Origin: an uncultured Rheinheimera sp.
GTDB lineage: Bacteria; Pseudomonadota; Gammaproteobacteria; Enterobacterales; Alteromonadaceae
DNA length: 49,796 nt
NCBI GenBank assembly: GCA_964540955.1
Contig: CAZIPG010000002.1
Coordinates: 1-49,796, forward strand
Direction: 5' to 3'
A program made the translations under genes and the position numbers. The notes under the pieces were generated by a model that was not told where the DNA came from, made no database searches, and was given only the letters and a program-made list of their open reading frames with translations. This document shows, piece after piece, positions 18,347 through 30,391 of this stretch. The stretch's first letter is position 1; every line of letters starts with the position of its first letter.

Positions 18347-18502
18347 ATGTTCACACTGACCCACCGTTGGCAGCAACAATTATTGATGTTGAGTCGTTGG
18401 TATGAAAATGCCATGGCGCAAGCCGAACTTGGCCACATGGCTGGCTCAAGCCCAGACTGTAGCCGCGTATCCGCCTTGTTACACAGACAAAACCAACGTT
18501 GA
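18347..18502 (+). CDS. Small ORF (51 aa) not in the ORF track
   Basis: AAGGAG RBS 8 nt before the ATG; [51 protein letters not shown]; its stop overlaps the cysA RBS. Confidence 0.6.
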   Translation: MFTLTHRWQQQLLMLSRWYENAMAQAELGHMAGSSPDCSRVSALLHRQNQR

Positions 18503-18509
18503 GGGCACT

Positions 18510-19571
18510 ATGAGTATTGAGGTGCAACAACTTCAGAAAAAATTTGGGGACTTTGTCGCAGTCGACAATGTCTCATTATCGATTGAAAGCGGTCAACTCA
18601 CCGCGTTACTGGGCCCATCGGGTTCTGGCAAAACGACTTTATTACGCTTGATTGCAGGCTTAGAACAAGCCGATGCTGGCCGCATTCTGTTTCATGGGGA
18701 AGATATTAGCCATCAGCACGTTAGCGAGCGCGGCGTTGGTTTTGTGTTTCAACATTACGCGTTATTCAAACATATGACGGTTGCGGAAAACGTCGGCTTT
18801 GGCCTGAGCGTTAAACCGAAAAAATTTAGGCCCAGCAACGCTGAAATTCAAAAACGGGTGCACAAACTGTTGGAATTAGTGCAACTGGATTGGACGGCCG
18901 ATCGCTATCCTTCGCAATTATCTGGGGGGCAACGCCAACGGATCGCTCTTGCGCGTGCATTAGCGGTTGAACCCAAGGTATTGCTATTGGATGAACCCTT
19001 CGGAGCTTTGGATGCGAAAGTTCGTGCAGAACTGCGCCGCTGGCTGCGTCGTTTGCATGATGAAATCCATGTGACGTCAGTTTTTGTGACCCACGACCAA
19101 GAAGAAGCGCTGGAAGTCGCCGATCGCATCGTGGTGATGAACAAAGGCCGAGTTGAGCAAGATGGCACCCCTGAACAAGTCTATGATCATCCCGCCAATC
19201 CGTTTGTGTATGAATTTTTAGGCACGGTGAATTTATTTCACGCCCGTGTGCGTCAAGGGGATACGCTGATTCAGCAAGCTCAAGCCGACACCCCAGCCAG
19301 CGCCAACGAATTTGAACAACCGGGTTTAGCTTATGTGCGTCCCCATGAAATTGAGGTCTTGCTTCAACCGGAAGATGAAGCCATTCCTGCTCGCATCGAC
19401 GTGATCACAGTGGTAGGCCCAGCAGTGCGACTGGAGCTCTCTTCCGCAGAGCATGAATTGATCCACGTTGAACTCGATAAAACGCGTTTTAAGTTATTGG
19501 GACTGTCGCAAGGGCAACAAACATATTTGAAGCCACGTTACAGCCGGGTGTTTTTGGGCGAAGGCATCTAA
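18510..19571 (+). CDS. cysA: Sulfate/thiosulfate ABC transporter ATP-binding protein CysA
   Basis: MSIEV start with GAGGG RBS; Walker A GPSGSGKT; [15 protein letters not shown]; LSGGQRQR; [26 protein letters not shown]; C-terminal TOBE. Confidence 0.93.
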   Translation: MSIEVQQLQKKFGDFVAVDNVSLSIESGQLTALLGPSGSGKTTLLRLIAGLEQADAGRILFHGEDISHQHVSERGVGFVFQHYALFKHMTVAENVGFGLSVKPKKFRPSNAEIQKRVHKLLELVQLDWTADRYPSQLSGGQRQRIALARALAVEPKVLLLDEPFGALDAKVRAELRRWLRRLHDEIHVTSVFVTHDQEEALEVADRIVVMNKGRVEQDGTPEQVYDHPANPFVYEFLGTVNLFHARVRQGDTLIQQAQADTPASANEFEQPGLAYVRPHEIEVLLQPEDEAIPARIDVITVVGPAVRLELSSAEHELIHVELDKTRFKLLGLSQGQQTYLKPRYSRVFLGEGI

Positions 19572-19593
19572 ATTTTCTCAGATAGCAACAACT

Positions 19594-19634
19594 AAAAAGC
19601 TCGGCGAGTCTTGCAAAGACTGCCGAGCTTTTTT
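19594..19634. terminator. Bidirectional terminator (cysA / mdtC)
   Basis: AAAAAGCTCGGC..GTCTT GCA AAGAC..GCCGAGCTTTTTT. Confidence 0.9.
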
Positions 19635-19729
19635 CATGCCTATCGACGCAAATGACCAGTGGCCTCAACCGCAATCACCTGCAATCATATCCTCAATCAC
19701 ATCAGTAATCACAGCGCCAAGGGTCGCTA

Positions 19730-22700
19730 TCAGCCTTGCGGCGTTGCCGTTTTCACCGAGTGTGGCTCTGTCAAATTAGCAGATAAGTGGTCAACTTCTT
19801 CCAAGGTTGTCACTGGCGCATGCCGACGAAACCGACTAAGCAGCAAATAAACCACTGGGGTGGTATACAACGTGAATAACTGGCTCACTGCTAAACCGCC
19901 GACAATCGTCACTCCGAGCGGTTGCCTTAACTCAGCGCCCTCACCCATCCCCATTAATAAAGGCACAGCTCCTAACATGGCCGCAAAATTAGTCATTAGA
20001 ATGGGCCGCAAGCGTTGCTGACCGGCAAGCACAATGGCTTCATAAGGGCTTAATTTCAGGGTTCGTTCGGCATTGAGCGCAAAATCGACCAACAAAATGG
20101 CGTTTTTCATCACGATACCAATCAATAAAAATAAGCCGAGTTGCGCAATCAAATTCAAGGCAGTTCCGCTGAAATACAACGCGAGCAAAGCCCCCAGCGC
20201 CGCACAAGGCAAGGTCGACAAGATAGTCAGCGGTTGCAATAAACTTTCATACAAAATCCCCAGTAGCAAGTACACCGCCAGCACAACCCCAACAAACAAC
20301 CAGAATTGGTCGCCTTGGCTGAATGTGGCATTGCGTTGATCCTCGCCATTGACGCTGAAAATACTGGTTGGCAACATCAATTCCGCCAACAATTGATCGA
20401 TGGCTGCATCCGCTTGTTCGGCTGTAACGCCCGGTGCGAGCGCATAACCGATGCCTTTGGAGGCAAATTGATTGTCATGGCGTACCCGATCGCTGGCTAA
20501 GCCATAGTCGTAGCTGGCAATCGCACTGAGCGGCACTCGCTCACCGGTTCGGCTGATCAGCATCAACTGCTTGAGCACTTCGGGTTGCGCGGTATAACCA
20601 GGCGCAAGCTCCATCACCACCCGATATTGGTTCATCTCATCAAATAAAGTGGCCACTTGGCGCTGGGAAAAAGAGTTATTGAGTAAGGTGGCCACTGTGC
20701 GCATGTCCACCCCCAAGCGCTGGGCGGCTTCACGGTCGATACTGAGCACCACCTGCTGCGCATCTTCGCCCCCCGGTGAATTGACATCCACCAACTCGGG
20801 CAACTCTTTCATGCCCTCAGCAACTTTTTTGCTCCATTTATTGAGTTCCTGCAGATCGCCAGACATCAGCAACACTTCATAATCGCTGCTGGCAAATGGC
20901 GATGACAAGCGAATGTCCTGATCCACGCTCATAAACAACATGCCGCCTGCAATTTTCGGCGCATTCATGCGAATGCGGTCGACGACTTCCTGCGCGGAAA
21001 TTTTGCGTTCACTGAGCGGTTTTAAACGGACGCGCAACAACGAATTACTAAGCCCCATCGCGCCACCACTGGCGCCAGTGACATCGGCGACCGCCGGATC
21101 CTTTAATAAAAACTGGCGGAAGGCTTCAATTTTCGGCTGCATAATTTGGAAGGAAAAACCATCATCCCCACGTACAAAGCCATTCAGCTGCCCAGTATCT
21201 TGATCAGGCAACATGCCGCCTGGCAGTTGCTGAAATAACCAAACATTCAAACCAAATAAGGCCACTAAGGCCACTAACACCGACTTTTTATAAGCCAACA
21301 CCGTCCGCAAACTGCTGGTGTACAAGCGTTGAAATTGAGCAAAGCGGCCAGCACCTTCGTTTGCATCTGACAGGCTCGAAGAGGCTGGGGCTGTGGCTGG
21401 GGCTGTTGCAGATAATTGGCGTGACCGACGCAATAATGCCGCGGCCAAGGCTGGAGTTAACGTCAGCGACATCAATAATGAAATCAGCATGGCGCCGACT
21501 AAAGTGATCGAGAACTCGCGGAACAACCGTTCAACCAAACCGCCCATAAACAAGATTGATAAAAACACCACCACCAAGGCTAAATTCATCGCTATCAGGG
21601 TATAGCCCACTTCCGCCGCGCCATCACGGGCCGCTTGCATCGGCGTTTTGCCAAGTTCGAGATGCCGCTTAATGTTCTCTAACACCACAATCGCATCGTC
21701 AACAACTAAGCCTGCAGCAACAATCAGCGCCATGACCGACAGGTTATTCAGCGAAAAGCCAAACGCCAACATCAAAGAAAAAGCCCCCACCAAGGCCACA
21801 GGAATGGCCAGCGTCGGAATAAGGGCACTGCGCCAGCTTTTCAAAAACAGCAACACCACTGCGACCACTAAACCAATCGAAATCGCCAAACTAATTTCGG
21901 CTTCTTTCAGCGTGGCGCGGATCACCGGCGAGCGGTCCATCACCACAGCTAAGGTGGCATCCTTGGGAGATAACGCTTGTAACACGGGTAATTGCTGATA
22001 AATCGCATCGATGGTCGCGACAATATTGGCGCCACTGCGACGACTGATTTGCATAATCACAGCCGGTTTATCGTTATGAAAACCCGCGCTGTAACGGTTT
22101 TCGGTGGAATCGCTGACCGTTGCCACATCCGCCAAGCGGATCGGGGCACCATTGACGGTTTTGATAATCAGCTGTTGGTAATCGGCACTGCTACGTAATG
22201 TTTGGCTGGTGGCAATTTGCCAGCGTAAATCCTCAGTTTCTAAAGTACCAAGCGGCACATTGGTATTGAGCGTACTAATGGCAGTACGCACTTCATCCAG
22301 CGCGATGCCATAGTGGCTGAGCATGGCGGGATTGAGTTGCACGCGCACCGCTGGCAGCGAAGATCCGACAATTTCAACTTCGCCGACCCCTTGGATTTGT
22401 AAAATCTTTTGGCTCAAAATGGTCGCTGCACTGTCATAAAGTTCCGGCGCAGACAAGCTGCTAGAACTGAGCGCCAACGCCATGACCGGCATTTGCGAAG
22501 GATTAAACTTGCGATACGTTGGGTTACCGGGCATGCCGGCAGGTAATTGCGAACGCACCGTATTGATGGCTGCTTGCACATCGCGCGCAGCCTCATCGAC
22601 ATCCCGATCTAATTCAAATTCCAAACGAACTTGGGTAGACCCCTGATTCGAGTTCGAACTGATGCGTTTGATGCCGGCAATGCTGCCCAGAGCACGCTCC

Positions 22701-22900
22701 AACGGCGTTGCTACTGTTGCCGCCATACTTTCTGGACTTGCTCCTGGCAAACTTGCGGTCACGACAATCATTGGAAAATCAACGGCAGGCAACGGCGCTA
22801 CCGGTAATTGCCGATAGCTAATGATGCCGAGCAACACAATGGCCACCGCAAATAAACAGCTAGCGACTGGCCGGTGAATAAACGCATCCGCGAGTTTCAT
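19730..22900 (-). CDS. mdtC: RND efflux permease, MdtC/MuxC-like
   Basis: [53 protein letters not shown]; ATGA overlap with mdtB. Confidence 0.9.
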   Translation of the reverse strand: MKLADAFIHRPVASCLFAVAIVLLGIISYRQLPVAPLPAVDFPMIVVTASLPGASPESMAATVATPLERALGSIAGIKRISSNSNQGSTQVRLEFELDRDVDEAARDVQAAINTVRSQLPAGMPGNPTYRKFNPSQMPVMALALSSSSLSAPELYDSAATILSQKILQIQGVGEVEIVGSSLPAVRVQLNPAMLSHYGIALDEVRTAISTLNTNVPLGTLETEDLRWQIATSQTLRSSADYQQLIIKTVNGAPIRLADVATVSDSTENRYSAGFHNDKPAVIMQISRRSGANIVATIDAIYQQLPVLQALSPKDATLAVVMDRSPVIRATLKEAEISLAISIGLVVAVVLLFLKSWRSALIPTLAIPVALVGAFSLMLAFGFSLNNLSVMALIVAAGLVVDDAIVVLENIKRHLELGKTPMQAARDGAAEVGYTLIAMNLALVVVFLSILFMGGLVERLFREFSITLVGAMLISLLMSLTLTPALAAALLRRSRQLSATAPATAPASSSLSDANEGAGRFAQFQRLYTSSLRTVLAYKKSVLVALVALFGLNVWLFQQLPGGMLPDQDTGQLNGFVRGDDGFSFQIMQPKIEAFRQFLLKDPAVADVTGASGGAMGLSNSLLRVRLKPLSERKISAQEVVDRIRMNAPKIAGGMLFMSVDQDIRLSSPFASSDYEVLLMSGDLQELNKWSKKVAEGMKELPELVDVNSPGGEDAQQVVLSIDREAAQRLGVDMRTVATLLNNSFSQRQVATLFDEMNQYRVVMELAPGYTAQPEVLKQLMLISRTGERVPLSAIASYDYGLASDRVRHDNQFASKGIGYALAPGVTAEQADAAIDQLLAELMLPTSIFSVNGEDQRNATFSQGDQFWLFVGVVLAVYLLLGILYESLLQPLTILSTLPCAALGALLALYFSGTALNLIAQLGLFLLIGIVMKNAILLVDFALNAERTLKLSPYEAIVLAGQQRLRPILMTNFAAMLGAVPLLMGMGEGAELRQPLGVTIVGGLAVSQLFTLYTTPVVYLLLSRFRRHAPVTTLEEVDHLSANLTEPHSVKTATPQG

Positions 22901-25900
22901 GATAATTCAGGCTCCAATGCGGTTTCAGACTTGGTGAAATGGCGATCAAACCACAAATACACCACTGGCGTGGTGAACAGCGTCAGCACTTGGCTGACCA
23001 ACAAACCACCCACCATCACTAACCCCAAGGGTTGGCGTAATTCCGCCCCTGCGCCACTGGCCAGCAACAGCGGGATCGCACCGAATAATGCCGCCAAAGT
23101 CGTCATTAGAATGGGGCGGAAACGCAACAAAGCCGCTTGATAAATGGCTTCTTGCGGCGATAAGCCATGTTGACGCTGCGCATCCAAGGCAAAATCGACC
23201 ATCATGATGCCGTTTTTCTTCACCAAACCAATCAGCAGCACGCTGCCGATGACCGCAATCAGATCCAACGGTTGCTGCATTAGCAACAAGGCCGCTAAAG
23301 CCCCCACGGTTGCTGAAGGTAACGTCGACAGGATAGTGATAGGATGAATTAAACTTTCGTACAAAATGCCGAGCACAATATACATAGTGACAATCGCGGC
23401 CAAAATTAACCACAGAGTATTATCAAGTGAGGTAACAAATGCCTCTGCAGCCCCTTGTAATTTCACTTCGACGGATGCGGGTAACTGCAACTGCGCCAAG
23501 GTTTGTTGGATAGCATCCACCGCTTCACCCAGCGAATGTCCCGCTGCCAGATTGAACGACAAAGTCACAGTGGGGAACTGGCCTTGATGGTTAATCAATA
23601 ACTTCGCGGGCTGCTGACTAATTTTCGCAATCGCACTCAGTGGCACCGGTTCACCGGATGCAGCATTGATGTACAGCTTATCCAGTGCATCGAGCCCCTG
23701 CGCCTGCTCAGGATCGACTTCCAAAATCACTCGATATTGGTTGGCTTGGGTAAATAGTGTCGCTATTTGCCGCTGGCTGTATGAGCTTTGCAAGGCGGTG
23801 CCAATTTGACTGACCGTAATGCCCAAGCGCGCCGCTGCAGTGCGATCGATATCGACATAGGCTTGTAGGCCTTCTTCCTGCAAATCATGCGCAACCTCAC
23901 TGAGCTCTGGCCGTTGTTGCAAGGCTTGCATCACTTGCGGTAACACCGCCGCTAACTCGTCACTTTGCGGAGAACTCAAGGTAAATTGATACTGGGTGCG
24001 ACTCACTTTGTCTTCAATACTTAACTCTTGCACACTTTGGAACCAGCCTTTGATGCCTGGAACTTGCGCCGCCTGCTGCTCCAATTGCTGAATAATTTCC
24101 ACCGCAGTTTGCTCGCGCTCGCCATGCGGTTTTAGATTCAATAAAATACGCCCGCTGTTCAAGCTGACATTGCTACCATCGACGCCAATAAACGAAGTCA
24201 GACTCGCCACATCAGGATGCGTCAGCAAGGCCTTGCCAAGCGCCTGTTGGCGACTGGCCATTGCAGCAAAGGACACATCTTGCGGAGCTTCGGTCACGAC
24301 TTGGATCACGCCACTGTCTTGCACCGGGAAAAAACCTTTGGGTACAGCGATATAAAGCACCGCAGTTAACACCACAGTTGCCGCCATCGCCAACATTCCC
24401 AACCGCTGATGGGCTAACACCCAGCGCAGCATCTCGCCATAGCGCGCGATGATTTTGTCCATCCAATCGGGCGCATCTTGGTGATGGGCCGGTAATGTTT
24501 TCAGTAAGCGGGCACACAACATTGGCGTTAAGGTTAATGACACCACTAACGACAACAGAATGGCGATGGCAAGTGTCACCGCAAATTCAAAGAATAAACG
24601 GCCAACGACATCGGCCATGAACAACAGCGGGATCAGTACGGCAATTAGTGAAAAAGTTAATGAAATCAGTGTAAAACCAATTTCTTTCGCGCCTTCTAGC
24701 GCAGCCTGCAATGGCGATTTGCCCTGTTCCCGATGACGCGCGATGTTTTCTAACATCACGATGGCATCATCGACGACAAAACCGGTGGCGATAGTGAGCG
24801 CCATCAAGGTCAAGTTGTTGATAGAAAATTCAAACCAAACCATCACCGCAAAAGTCCCAATTAACGATAACGGCACTGCCAATGATGGAATAATGGTCGC
24901 AGGAATGGTGCGCAAGAACATAAACGTGACGGCAATCACCAAACAAATGGCGAAAATTAATTCATGTTGCACATCCCGCACGGCAGAACGAATACTTTGG
25001 GTGCGATCGGTTAATACAGTTACCTCCAGTGCTGCAGGTAATGAAGCGGTTAATTGCGGTAAAATCGCGCGCACGCTATCAGCCACTTCAATCACATTCG
25101 CGCCTGGCTGGCGCTGGATGTTAATCAGGACCGCTGGCTGTTCATTCGCCCAAGCGGCTAAGAAACGATCTTCAGCACCTTGTTCAATGCGTGCCACATC
25201 GCCCAAACGCACTGGAGCATCGCCCTTGAAAGCAACAATCAATTGCTCATACTCGCTGGTACTGCGCATTTGATCATTGGCATCTAACATGGTGGAACGG
25301 AATGGTCCGTCAAAACTGCCTTTGGGCTGGTTGGTGTTGGCGGCAACAATAGCGCTGCGTAATTGCTCCATCGTCAAATTTAAACTGGCCAGCGCCGCAG
25401 GATTGGCTTTGACGCGAATGGCAGGCCGTTGTCCTCCCGCCAAACTCACCATACCCACTCCACTGACTTGCGCGAGTTTTTGTGCCACGCGGGTATCCAC
25501 TAAGTCATACACTTGCGGCAACGGCATGGACGTCGAACTCACCGCCAGCGTTAAAATGGGTGCATCCGCAGGGTTTACTTTGCGATAAATCGGCGGTGAC
25601 GGCATGTCGCTTGGCAGCAATGACGAGGAGGTATTAATGGCCGCTTGCACTTCTTGCTCCGCGACCCCCATATCAACCACCAGCGCAAATTGCAGCGTCA
25701 GCACTGAACTGCCCGCACTACTGCTCGATGACATTTGCTTGAGGCCTGGAATTTGGCCAAGACGACGTTCTAGCGGCGCGGTGACTGTCCGCGCCATCAC
25801 GTCTGGACTCGCGCCAGGATAAAAGCTAAACACTTGAATAATCGGATAGTCGACTTGCGGCAATGCGGCAACTGGCAATAACCGATAACTCAAGAGGCCC

Positions 25901-25971
25901 GCAATCAAAATCGCCAGCATCAACAATGCCGTGGCAACGGGCCGTAAAATAAAGGGCTTGGACAGATTCAT
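22897..25971 (-). CDS. mdtB: RND efflux permease, MdtB/MuxB-like
   Basis: [63 protein letters not shown]. Confidence 0.92.
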   Translation of the reverse strand: MNLSKPFILRPVATALLMLAILIAGLLSYRLLPVAALPQVDYPIIQVFSFYPGASPDVMARTVTAPLERRLGQIPGLKQMSSSSSAGSSVLTLQFALVVDMGVAEQEVQAAINTSSSLLPSDMPSPPIYRKVNPADAPILTLAVSSTSMPLPQVYDLVDTRVAQKLAQVSGVGMVSLAGGQRPAIRVKANPAALASLNLTMEQLRSAIVAANTNQPKGSFDGPFRSTMLDANDQMRSTSEYEQLIVAFKGDAPVRLGDVARIEQGAEDRFLAAWANEQPAVLINIQRQPGANVIEVADSVRAILPQLTASLPAALEVTVLTDRTQSIRSAVRDVQHELIFAICLVIAVTFMFLRTIPATIIPSLAVPLSLIGTFAVMVWFEFSINNLTLMALTIATGFVVDDAIVMLENIARHREQGKSPLQAALEGAKEIGFTLISLTFSLIAVLIPLLFMADVVGRLFFEFAVTLAIAILLSLVVSLTLTPMLCARLLKTLPAHHQDAPDWMDKIIARYGEMLRWVLAHQRLGMLAMAATVVLTAVLYIAVPKGFFPVQDSGVIQVVTEAPQDVSFAAMASRQQALGKALLTHPDVASLTSFIGVDGSNVSLNSGRILLNLKPHGEREQTAVEIIQQLEQQAAQVPGIKGWFQSVQELSIEDKVSRTQYQFTLSSPQSDELAAVLPQVMQALQQRPELSEVAHDLQEEGLQAYVDIDRTAAARLGITVSQIGTALQSSYSQRQIATLFTQANQYRVILEVDPEQAQGLDALDKLYINAASGEPVPLSAIAKISQQPAKLLINHQGQFPTVTLSFNLAAGHSLGEAVDAIQQTLAQLQLPASVEVKLQGAAEAFVTSLDNTLWLILAAIVTMYIVLGILYESLIHPITILSTLPSATVGALAALLLMQQPLDLIAVIGSVLLIGLVKKNGIMMVDFALDAQRQHGLSPQEAIYQAALLRFRPILMTTLAALFGAIPLLLASGAGAELRQPLGLVMVGGLLVSQVLTLFTTPVVYLWFDRHFTKSETALEPELS

Positions 25972-25979
25972 AGCAAACC

Positions 25980-27323
25980 TCAGCCTTGGGCAGTTGGATT
26001 AGGTTTGGCTGGCTGTTTCTGCTCAGGCTGCTTTTGGGCAACGCCATCAATTTCTAATAGCACCACTTCACGACCTGGCCGCAATCTGTCTAAACCTTGC
26101 ATCACCACTTGCTCACCGGGTTGCAAGCCACTGCGCACTTCAATTCGGCCGTTATCCACCACGCCAAGTTCTAGCGGACGCATCACCGCTTTGCCCTCCG
26201 CAATCGCGAACACAAAAGTCCCTTCCGAGCCGTACTGCACAGCATCTTGCGGAATGGTGATGGCGCCCGTTTTTTCCGCAATATTCAGACGGACATTGAC
26301 AAACTGGTTCGGGAATAACGCGTCATCTTCATTCTTGAAACTGGCTTTCAGTTTGAGTGTGCCAGTCGCCAAATCAATTTGGTTATCTAAGGTGGTTAAC
26401 TCACCTTTGCTGAGGATTTGTTTCTCGTTGCGATCCCAAGCTTCGGTGACTAAAGGTTTGCCTTCGGCCACCGCGGCGCGTAACGACTGCAGCTGATTTT
26501 CTGGGATGCTAAAAGTGACATAAAGCGGCGAACTTTGCGTAATGGTAACCAAGCCTTCTGCGCTATTGGCTTGCACTAGGTTCCCTGCATCCACCTTGCG
26601 TAAGCCCAATTTACCAGAGATCGGCGCCACTATTTTGGTGTAAGACAATTCCAATGCAGCAGCGTCGATTTGTGCTTGATTGGACTTGATTGACCCTTTC
26701 AGCTGATTGACCAGCGCTTGCTGGGCATTTAATTGCTGCTGCGATATCGAACCTTGTGCTTGCAGCTTAGTGTATAGCCCTAAATCTGCCTCGGCATTTT
26801 TCAGTTGCGCGACGTTTTGTTGTAATTGGCCTTCCGCTTGGGCGAGTTTGACTTGATAAGGCGCGGCATCGATTTCTGCCAATAACTGACCGGCTTTAAC
26901 CGTTTGGCCTTCAGCAAAATGCAATTTTAACAATGGCCCGCTGACGCGACTTTGCACCAACACTGTGTTACTGGCCGTGACGGTTCCAATGGTTTTGAAT
27001 TGCACTTTTAAATCGCCGGTTTGTGCGGTCACGACAGTCACAGGCACTGGCGCATTCCAAGGATTCATGCCACCGCCCCCTTGCCGTGGGCCTCCTTGCG
27101 GCCGTTGCCCTTGGGGACGCTGTCCTTGTGCTTGTCCTTGGGGTCTTTGGCCTTGGACCTGTGTTCCGGGAGCTGCAGCTCCGGGTACCGCTGTACCGGG
27201 TGCCGCTGAGTTGGCCCCAGTATTGGCGGCAGTTGGCGCACTCTCTTGCGTTGAATACCACCAATAACCCGCGCCTAAACCCGCCAGTACCGCCGTCATC
27301 AACCCCAGTTTTTTTATTGACAT
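25980..27323 (-). CDS. mdtA: RND periplasmic adaptor, MdtA/MuxA-like
   Basis: N-terminal TM, low-complexity linker, lipoyl/hairpin motifs, [30 protein letters not shown]. Confidence 0.92.
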   Translation of the reverse strand: MSIKKLGLMTAVLAGLGAGYWWYSTQESAPTAANTGANSAAPGTAVPGAAAPGTQVQGQRPQGQAQGQRPQGQRPQGGPRQGGGGMNPWNAPVPVTVVTAQTGDLKVQFKTIGTVTASNTVLVQSRVSGPLLKLHFAEGQTVKAGQLLAEIDAAPYQVKLAQAEGQLQQNVAQLKNAEADLGLYTKLQAQGSISQQQLNAQQALVNQLKGSIKSNQAQIDAAALELSYTKIVAPISGKLGLRKVDAGNLVQANSAEGLVTITQSSPLYVTFSIPENQLQSLRAAVAEGKPLVTEAWDRNEKQILSKGELTTLDNQIDLATGTLKLKASFKNEDDALFPNQFVNVRLNIAEKTGAITIPQDAVQYGSEGTFVFAIAEGKAVMRPLELGVVDNGRIEVRSGLQPGEQVVMQGLDRLRPGREVVLLEIDGVAQKQPEQKQPAKPNPTAQG

Positions 27324-27372
27324 CAGACCTTTCCTTTGTACGTCGTTCAGGCCCGATCGACGAAAGGGCCTG

Positions 27373-28479
27373 TTAAATCACACTGGCAAATCCCGCTTCG
27401 CGAATTTGCTGCTTTTCATCTTCTGGCAACACGCTGATTAAATTTAGTTTTTTCAGCCTAGCCAAATATAAACATCGACTGACCTTTTGTGAGGAGGCTC
27501 CGCCTGCTTGCCATTGTTGTTGTTGCAACAAGGCTTGCACCACTTCTTGTTCAAAGCCCCATAAAGTCATCACAAAAGCAGACACTGCGAGGTAGCTCAA
27601 TCCACCTTGCTTAGCATCTTCTTGTAATGCGGCATCCGACAAATCAAAGCCATTTTGCAACAACACCAATTTGCCAAAACCACTTAAAATTGCCGTAATA
27701 AATACTTGGTCTTGCAAAGTCCGCGCGTAGCCACAACTTTGCGCGAGCTGGCGACATTGCGCCGCGTCTTGTAACACCGCATCCAATACGCTTTCATGCT
27801 CGCGATGGCCTAACTCCGCTTGCCGCGCCTTGATGGACAACATCAACACCAAGGTTTGTAACATCTGAAATCCCAGCCGGTTGATGGCTGTTTGCAATGA
27901 CCAAGTTTCACTGGCAAACCCCATATAGGGAGAATTCACCAATTGCATCAATCGCGACACGATCAACGGATCTCGACTGACCAAAGCCGTTACTTTGGCG
28001 ATCTCGACCTCAGGATCCTTCAAAAGCTCGCGCAGTTCCTGACAAATCGACGGAAATACTGGATATTCAGTTAAGCGACCAATTAAGCGTCGGGCCGATT
28101 CTGCTAACGGCAATTGGCTCAAGCGCGCCGCGTTTTCAAATAATTGTTTCAGGTGGTCATAATTCAAATCTTGGCCAACAAAACTATGAAAATGTTCTAA
28201 ATGCTGCAAAATCACATCTTCATGTTGCGGATCAGTCACCACCACCCGCAGCGCCAAGGGTGCCATAAAACACACCAGCCGCTTTTCTTCTAAGCCTGCC
28301 ACAATGCCCTTGGCATCAAAAAACAACAAATCAATCGCATCTTCAGTTCGCGGTGCGGTGAGGTAACTTCCAACCGTTGGAAAGCTGCGAAATTGCCAAC
28401 GCTGATCATCCAATTGGCAATAATGCTTGATTAAACTCAGCAATGCTGGGTCAAGGCTAATGGCAACCACTTGATACAT
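27373..28479 (-). CDS. HDOD-domain protein with a degenerate receiver-like N-terminus
   Basis: PVFPSI..L...L....V.RDPLIVSRLMQLVNSPYMG...SLQTAINRLGF is the HDOD motif. Start set at ATG 28479 (GGGGAAG RBS). Confidence 0.82.
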   Translation of the reverse strand: MYQVVAISLDPALLSLIKHYCQLDDQRWQFRSFPTVGSYLTAPRTEDAIDLLFFDAKGIVAGLEEKRLVCFMAPLALRVVVTDPQHEDVILQHLEHFHSFVGQDLNYDHLKQLFENAARLSQLPLAESARRLIGRLTEYPVFPSICQELRELLKDPEVEIAKVTALVSRDPLIVSRLMQLVNSPYMGFASETWSLQTAINRLGFQMLQTLVLMLSIKARQAELGHREHESVLDAVLQDAAQCRQLAQSCGYARTLQDQVFITAILSGFGKLVLLQNGFDLSDAALQEDAKQGGLSYLAVSAFVMTLWGFEQEVVQALLQQQQWQAGGASSQKVSRCLYLARLKKLNLISVLPEDEKQQIREAGFASVI

Positions 28480-28728
28480 CTCAAACTTCCCCACCGAGGT
28501 GCCAACGCGGGCCACTTTAGCAGTGGCTCTCACGTGAGCGAACTGAATTTACATAACCTTTGCACAGTCTTTGATGCGCAGAATTTCATCGAAATTTGTC
28601 GTGATTCTAACGCAAGTTCTGAGCATTTTCAGAACAGGTTGGTCGATAACTTCTTATTCCAAAAAAGCATGCATACAAAAACCTTCAGACCAACACCAAC
28701 TGCTGGATCCGATAAGCACACACTCGGC

Positions 28729-30231
28729 TTATCCTTTACAGGGTTGGTAACACGCCGGATCACGTGGACAATGATTTCCACGTGAACAAATAAGCTGCGC
28801 TGGCTTTTCCAAACTGCGCGCGACCCAATTGATATTTAAAATATTACTAATTGTGGTGAGCGTCGATTGAATTGAAGCAGGCACCTTGGCAAAACCGCCT
28901 TGGCGGTTACACAAACTTTTTAATTCCAAAGCCAAAGTATCGGCATCTATGCCCTGAGCATCTATGGCTGGATTTAAATCAATACCCGCACATAACACAT
29001 GCGGATTGCCCGCTAAATCCATCACCTTCGTTGATTCACAGCAATAAATTCGTGGCTGCCCTTGCACTTCAAGCAAAGATAATTGTGCGGAATGTTGTGA
29101 CTCAGCCGCCTCAAACATACGGAACACCGCCCAATGCTGACACGGATCTTCCACTTGCCGCATATTGCCCCAAGGCAAGGGGATGCCATTCCCCCGATAG
29201 ACTGCTTTTAACTTGCCTGGGGTATAGGCATCAAAATAATGCCAATGACTATAAGGGGACACCGCCGTCATGCGGCGCATCGCGACCGAAGCAGAGACGC
29301 CCGCAGCTTTGTGGCTACTAATTTCATAGCCATGGCGGTCGAGTAATTGCCGGAACGGTAACTTCGGACATAAGAGTGCGCCAGCAAAAAAACTCGATTC
29401 AAAATCGCGCCACGCATGCAGAATATCTTGCGGCGCCAAGTTAGCATTACTGTCCGAAGCTTCTTGTGCACCGCCAACCGACATCGAACTTTTCACGCCA
29501 TCTTTGTTGTGCAACACGGCATGACCAATATGCACAGCCAATTCATATTTCAACCGTGTCGGATGGCGTTGCAAAATGCGATTTAAATGCAGCGTTTGCG
29601 GCGGTAAAAAAAACGAAGTCGCCACGTTTTTACTCAGCACGCCCAATTCATCGAGCACTTCTTTTGGCGTTTCATCAAACCAGCTGATTTTTAGACCCAC
29701 TTGCTTAGCGATTGCTAATAAATCATCCGGCGACAGTGGCATTTGTTTGCGGCCGACTTCTTCTGCCGCTCTTTCTAATTCAGGAAAATGGTTTTGATGA
29801 TGTTCTTGGTGTGCACGGATCAACAGCTGCGCAAATTGTTTACCGCCTGTGCCGGTTTGCGATAACAGCTCAGGAATCGCAATTTGCAAAATATCATTGG
29901 AGAACAAAAAACCCGGTTCAAGCGCCATGCCATGGATCCCGCCACGACTGCCTTTTTGCGGGGTTATGTCTGGCACGGCATCTTCGCCATCTAAAAACCA
30001 GTCCAGCTCTTTTTGAAAAACTTCGGCAATGACCTCAAGCATCTCAATGGCGGGCACTCGTTTTCCACGTTCAATCATCGACAAATAAGACACCGAGGGC
30101 GCATGTTCGGCGTTGATCCGAATACAACGCGTGGACAAGTCTTCCATAGTTAAGTTATTGCGTTTTCTCAGGTTTCTGATTTTAGTTCCGAGAAAATGGG
30201 ATTGTCTGAGTAAACTTTTTGTATTGGCCAT
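28729..30231 (-). CDS. XRE-HTH / DUF3612 transcriptional regulator, ScfR (RamB/PrpR)-like
   Basis: N-terminal HTH (SVSYLSMIERGKR); NHFPELERAA; degenerate M78-like RLKYELAVHIGH and FFAGALLCP; PCQHWAVF; C-terminal Cys cluster CSRGNHCPRDPACYQPC. Confidence 0.85.
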   Translation of the reverse strand: MANTKSLLRQSHFLGTKIRNLRKRNNLTMEDLSTRCIRINAEHAPSVSYLSMIERGKRVPAIEMLEVIAEVFQKELDWFLDGEDAVPDITPQKGSRGGIHGMALEPGFLFSNDILQIAIPELLSQTGTGGKQFAQLLIRAHQEHHQNHFPELERAAEEVGRKQMPLSPDDLLAIAKQVGLKISWFDETPKEVLDELGVLSKNVATSFFLPPQTLHLNRILQRHPTRLKYELAVHIGHAVLHNKDGVKSSMSVGGAQEASDSNANLAPQDILHAWRDFESSFFAGALLCPKLPFRQLLDRHGYEISSHKAAGVSASVAMRRMTAVSPYSHWHYFDAYTPGKLKAVYRGNGIPLPWGNMRQVEDPCQHWAVFRMFEAAESQHSAQLSLLEVQGQPRIYCCESTKVMDLAGNPHVLCAGIDLNPAIDAQGIDADTLALELKSLCNRQGGFAKVPASIQSTLTTISNILNINWVARSLEKPAQLICSRGNHCPRDPACYQPCKG

Positions 30232-30273
30232 TTTGTAAAATTCACATTGTAAAGTTTTAATTGTCAAATTTTG
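30232..30273. promoter_or_regulatory. Three 14-bp-periodic direct repeats, candidate operator (RamB-box-like)
   Basis: TTTGTAAAATTCAC / ATTGTAAAGTTTTA / ATTGTCAAATTTTG, abutting the regulator start codon. Confidence 0.6.
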
Positions 30274-30391
30274 CACAAAAACAACATAGACTAGTTTCTA
30301 AGCAACGGCAATGACTGAAGCTAAACAAAGTACTGAGAGAACGCCCGCCACCCTACCGGGCCAGACAATAAGAGTGAGCGAGGACATTAAC

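Noticed and set aside
18402-18509. 36-aa N-terminal extension of CysA
   Set aside because: The canonical MSIEV start with RBS is at 18510; the region is better explained by the 51-aa ORF in another frame.
19730-27323. Numerous antisense or nested ORFs in mdtABC and other long genes
   Set aside because: Shadow ORFs from codon bias on the opposite strand; no RBS or recognisable domains.
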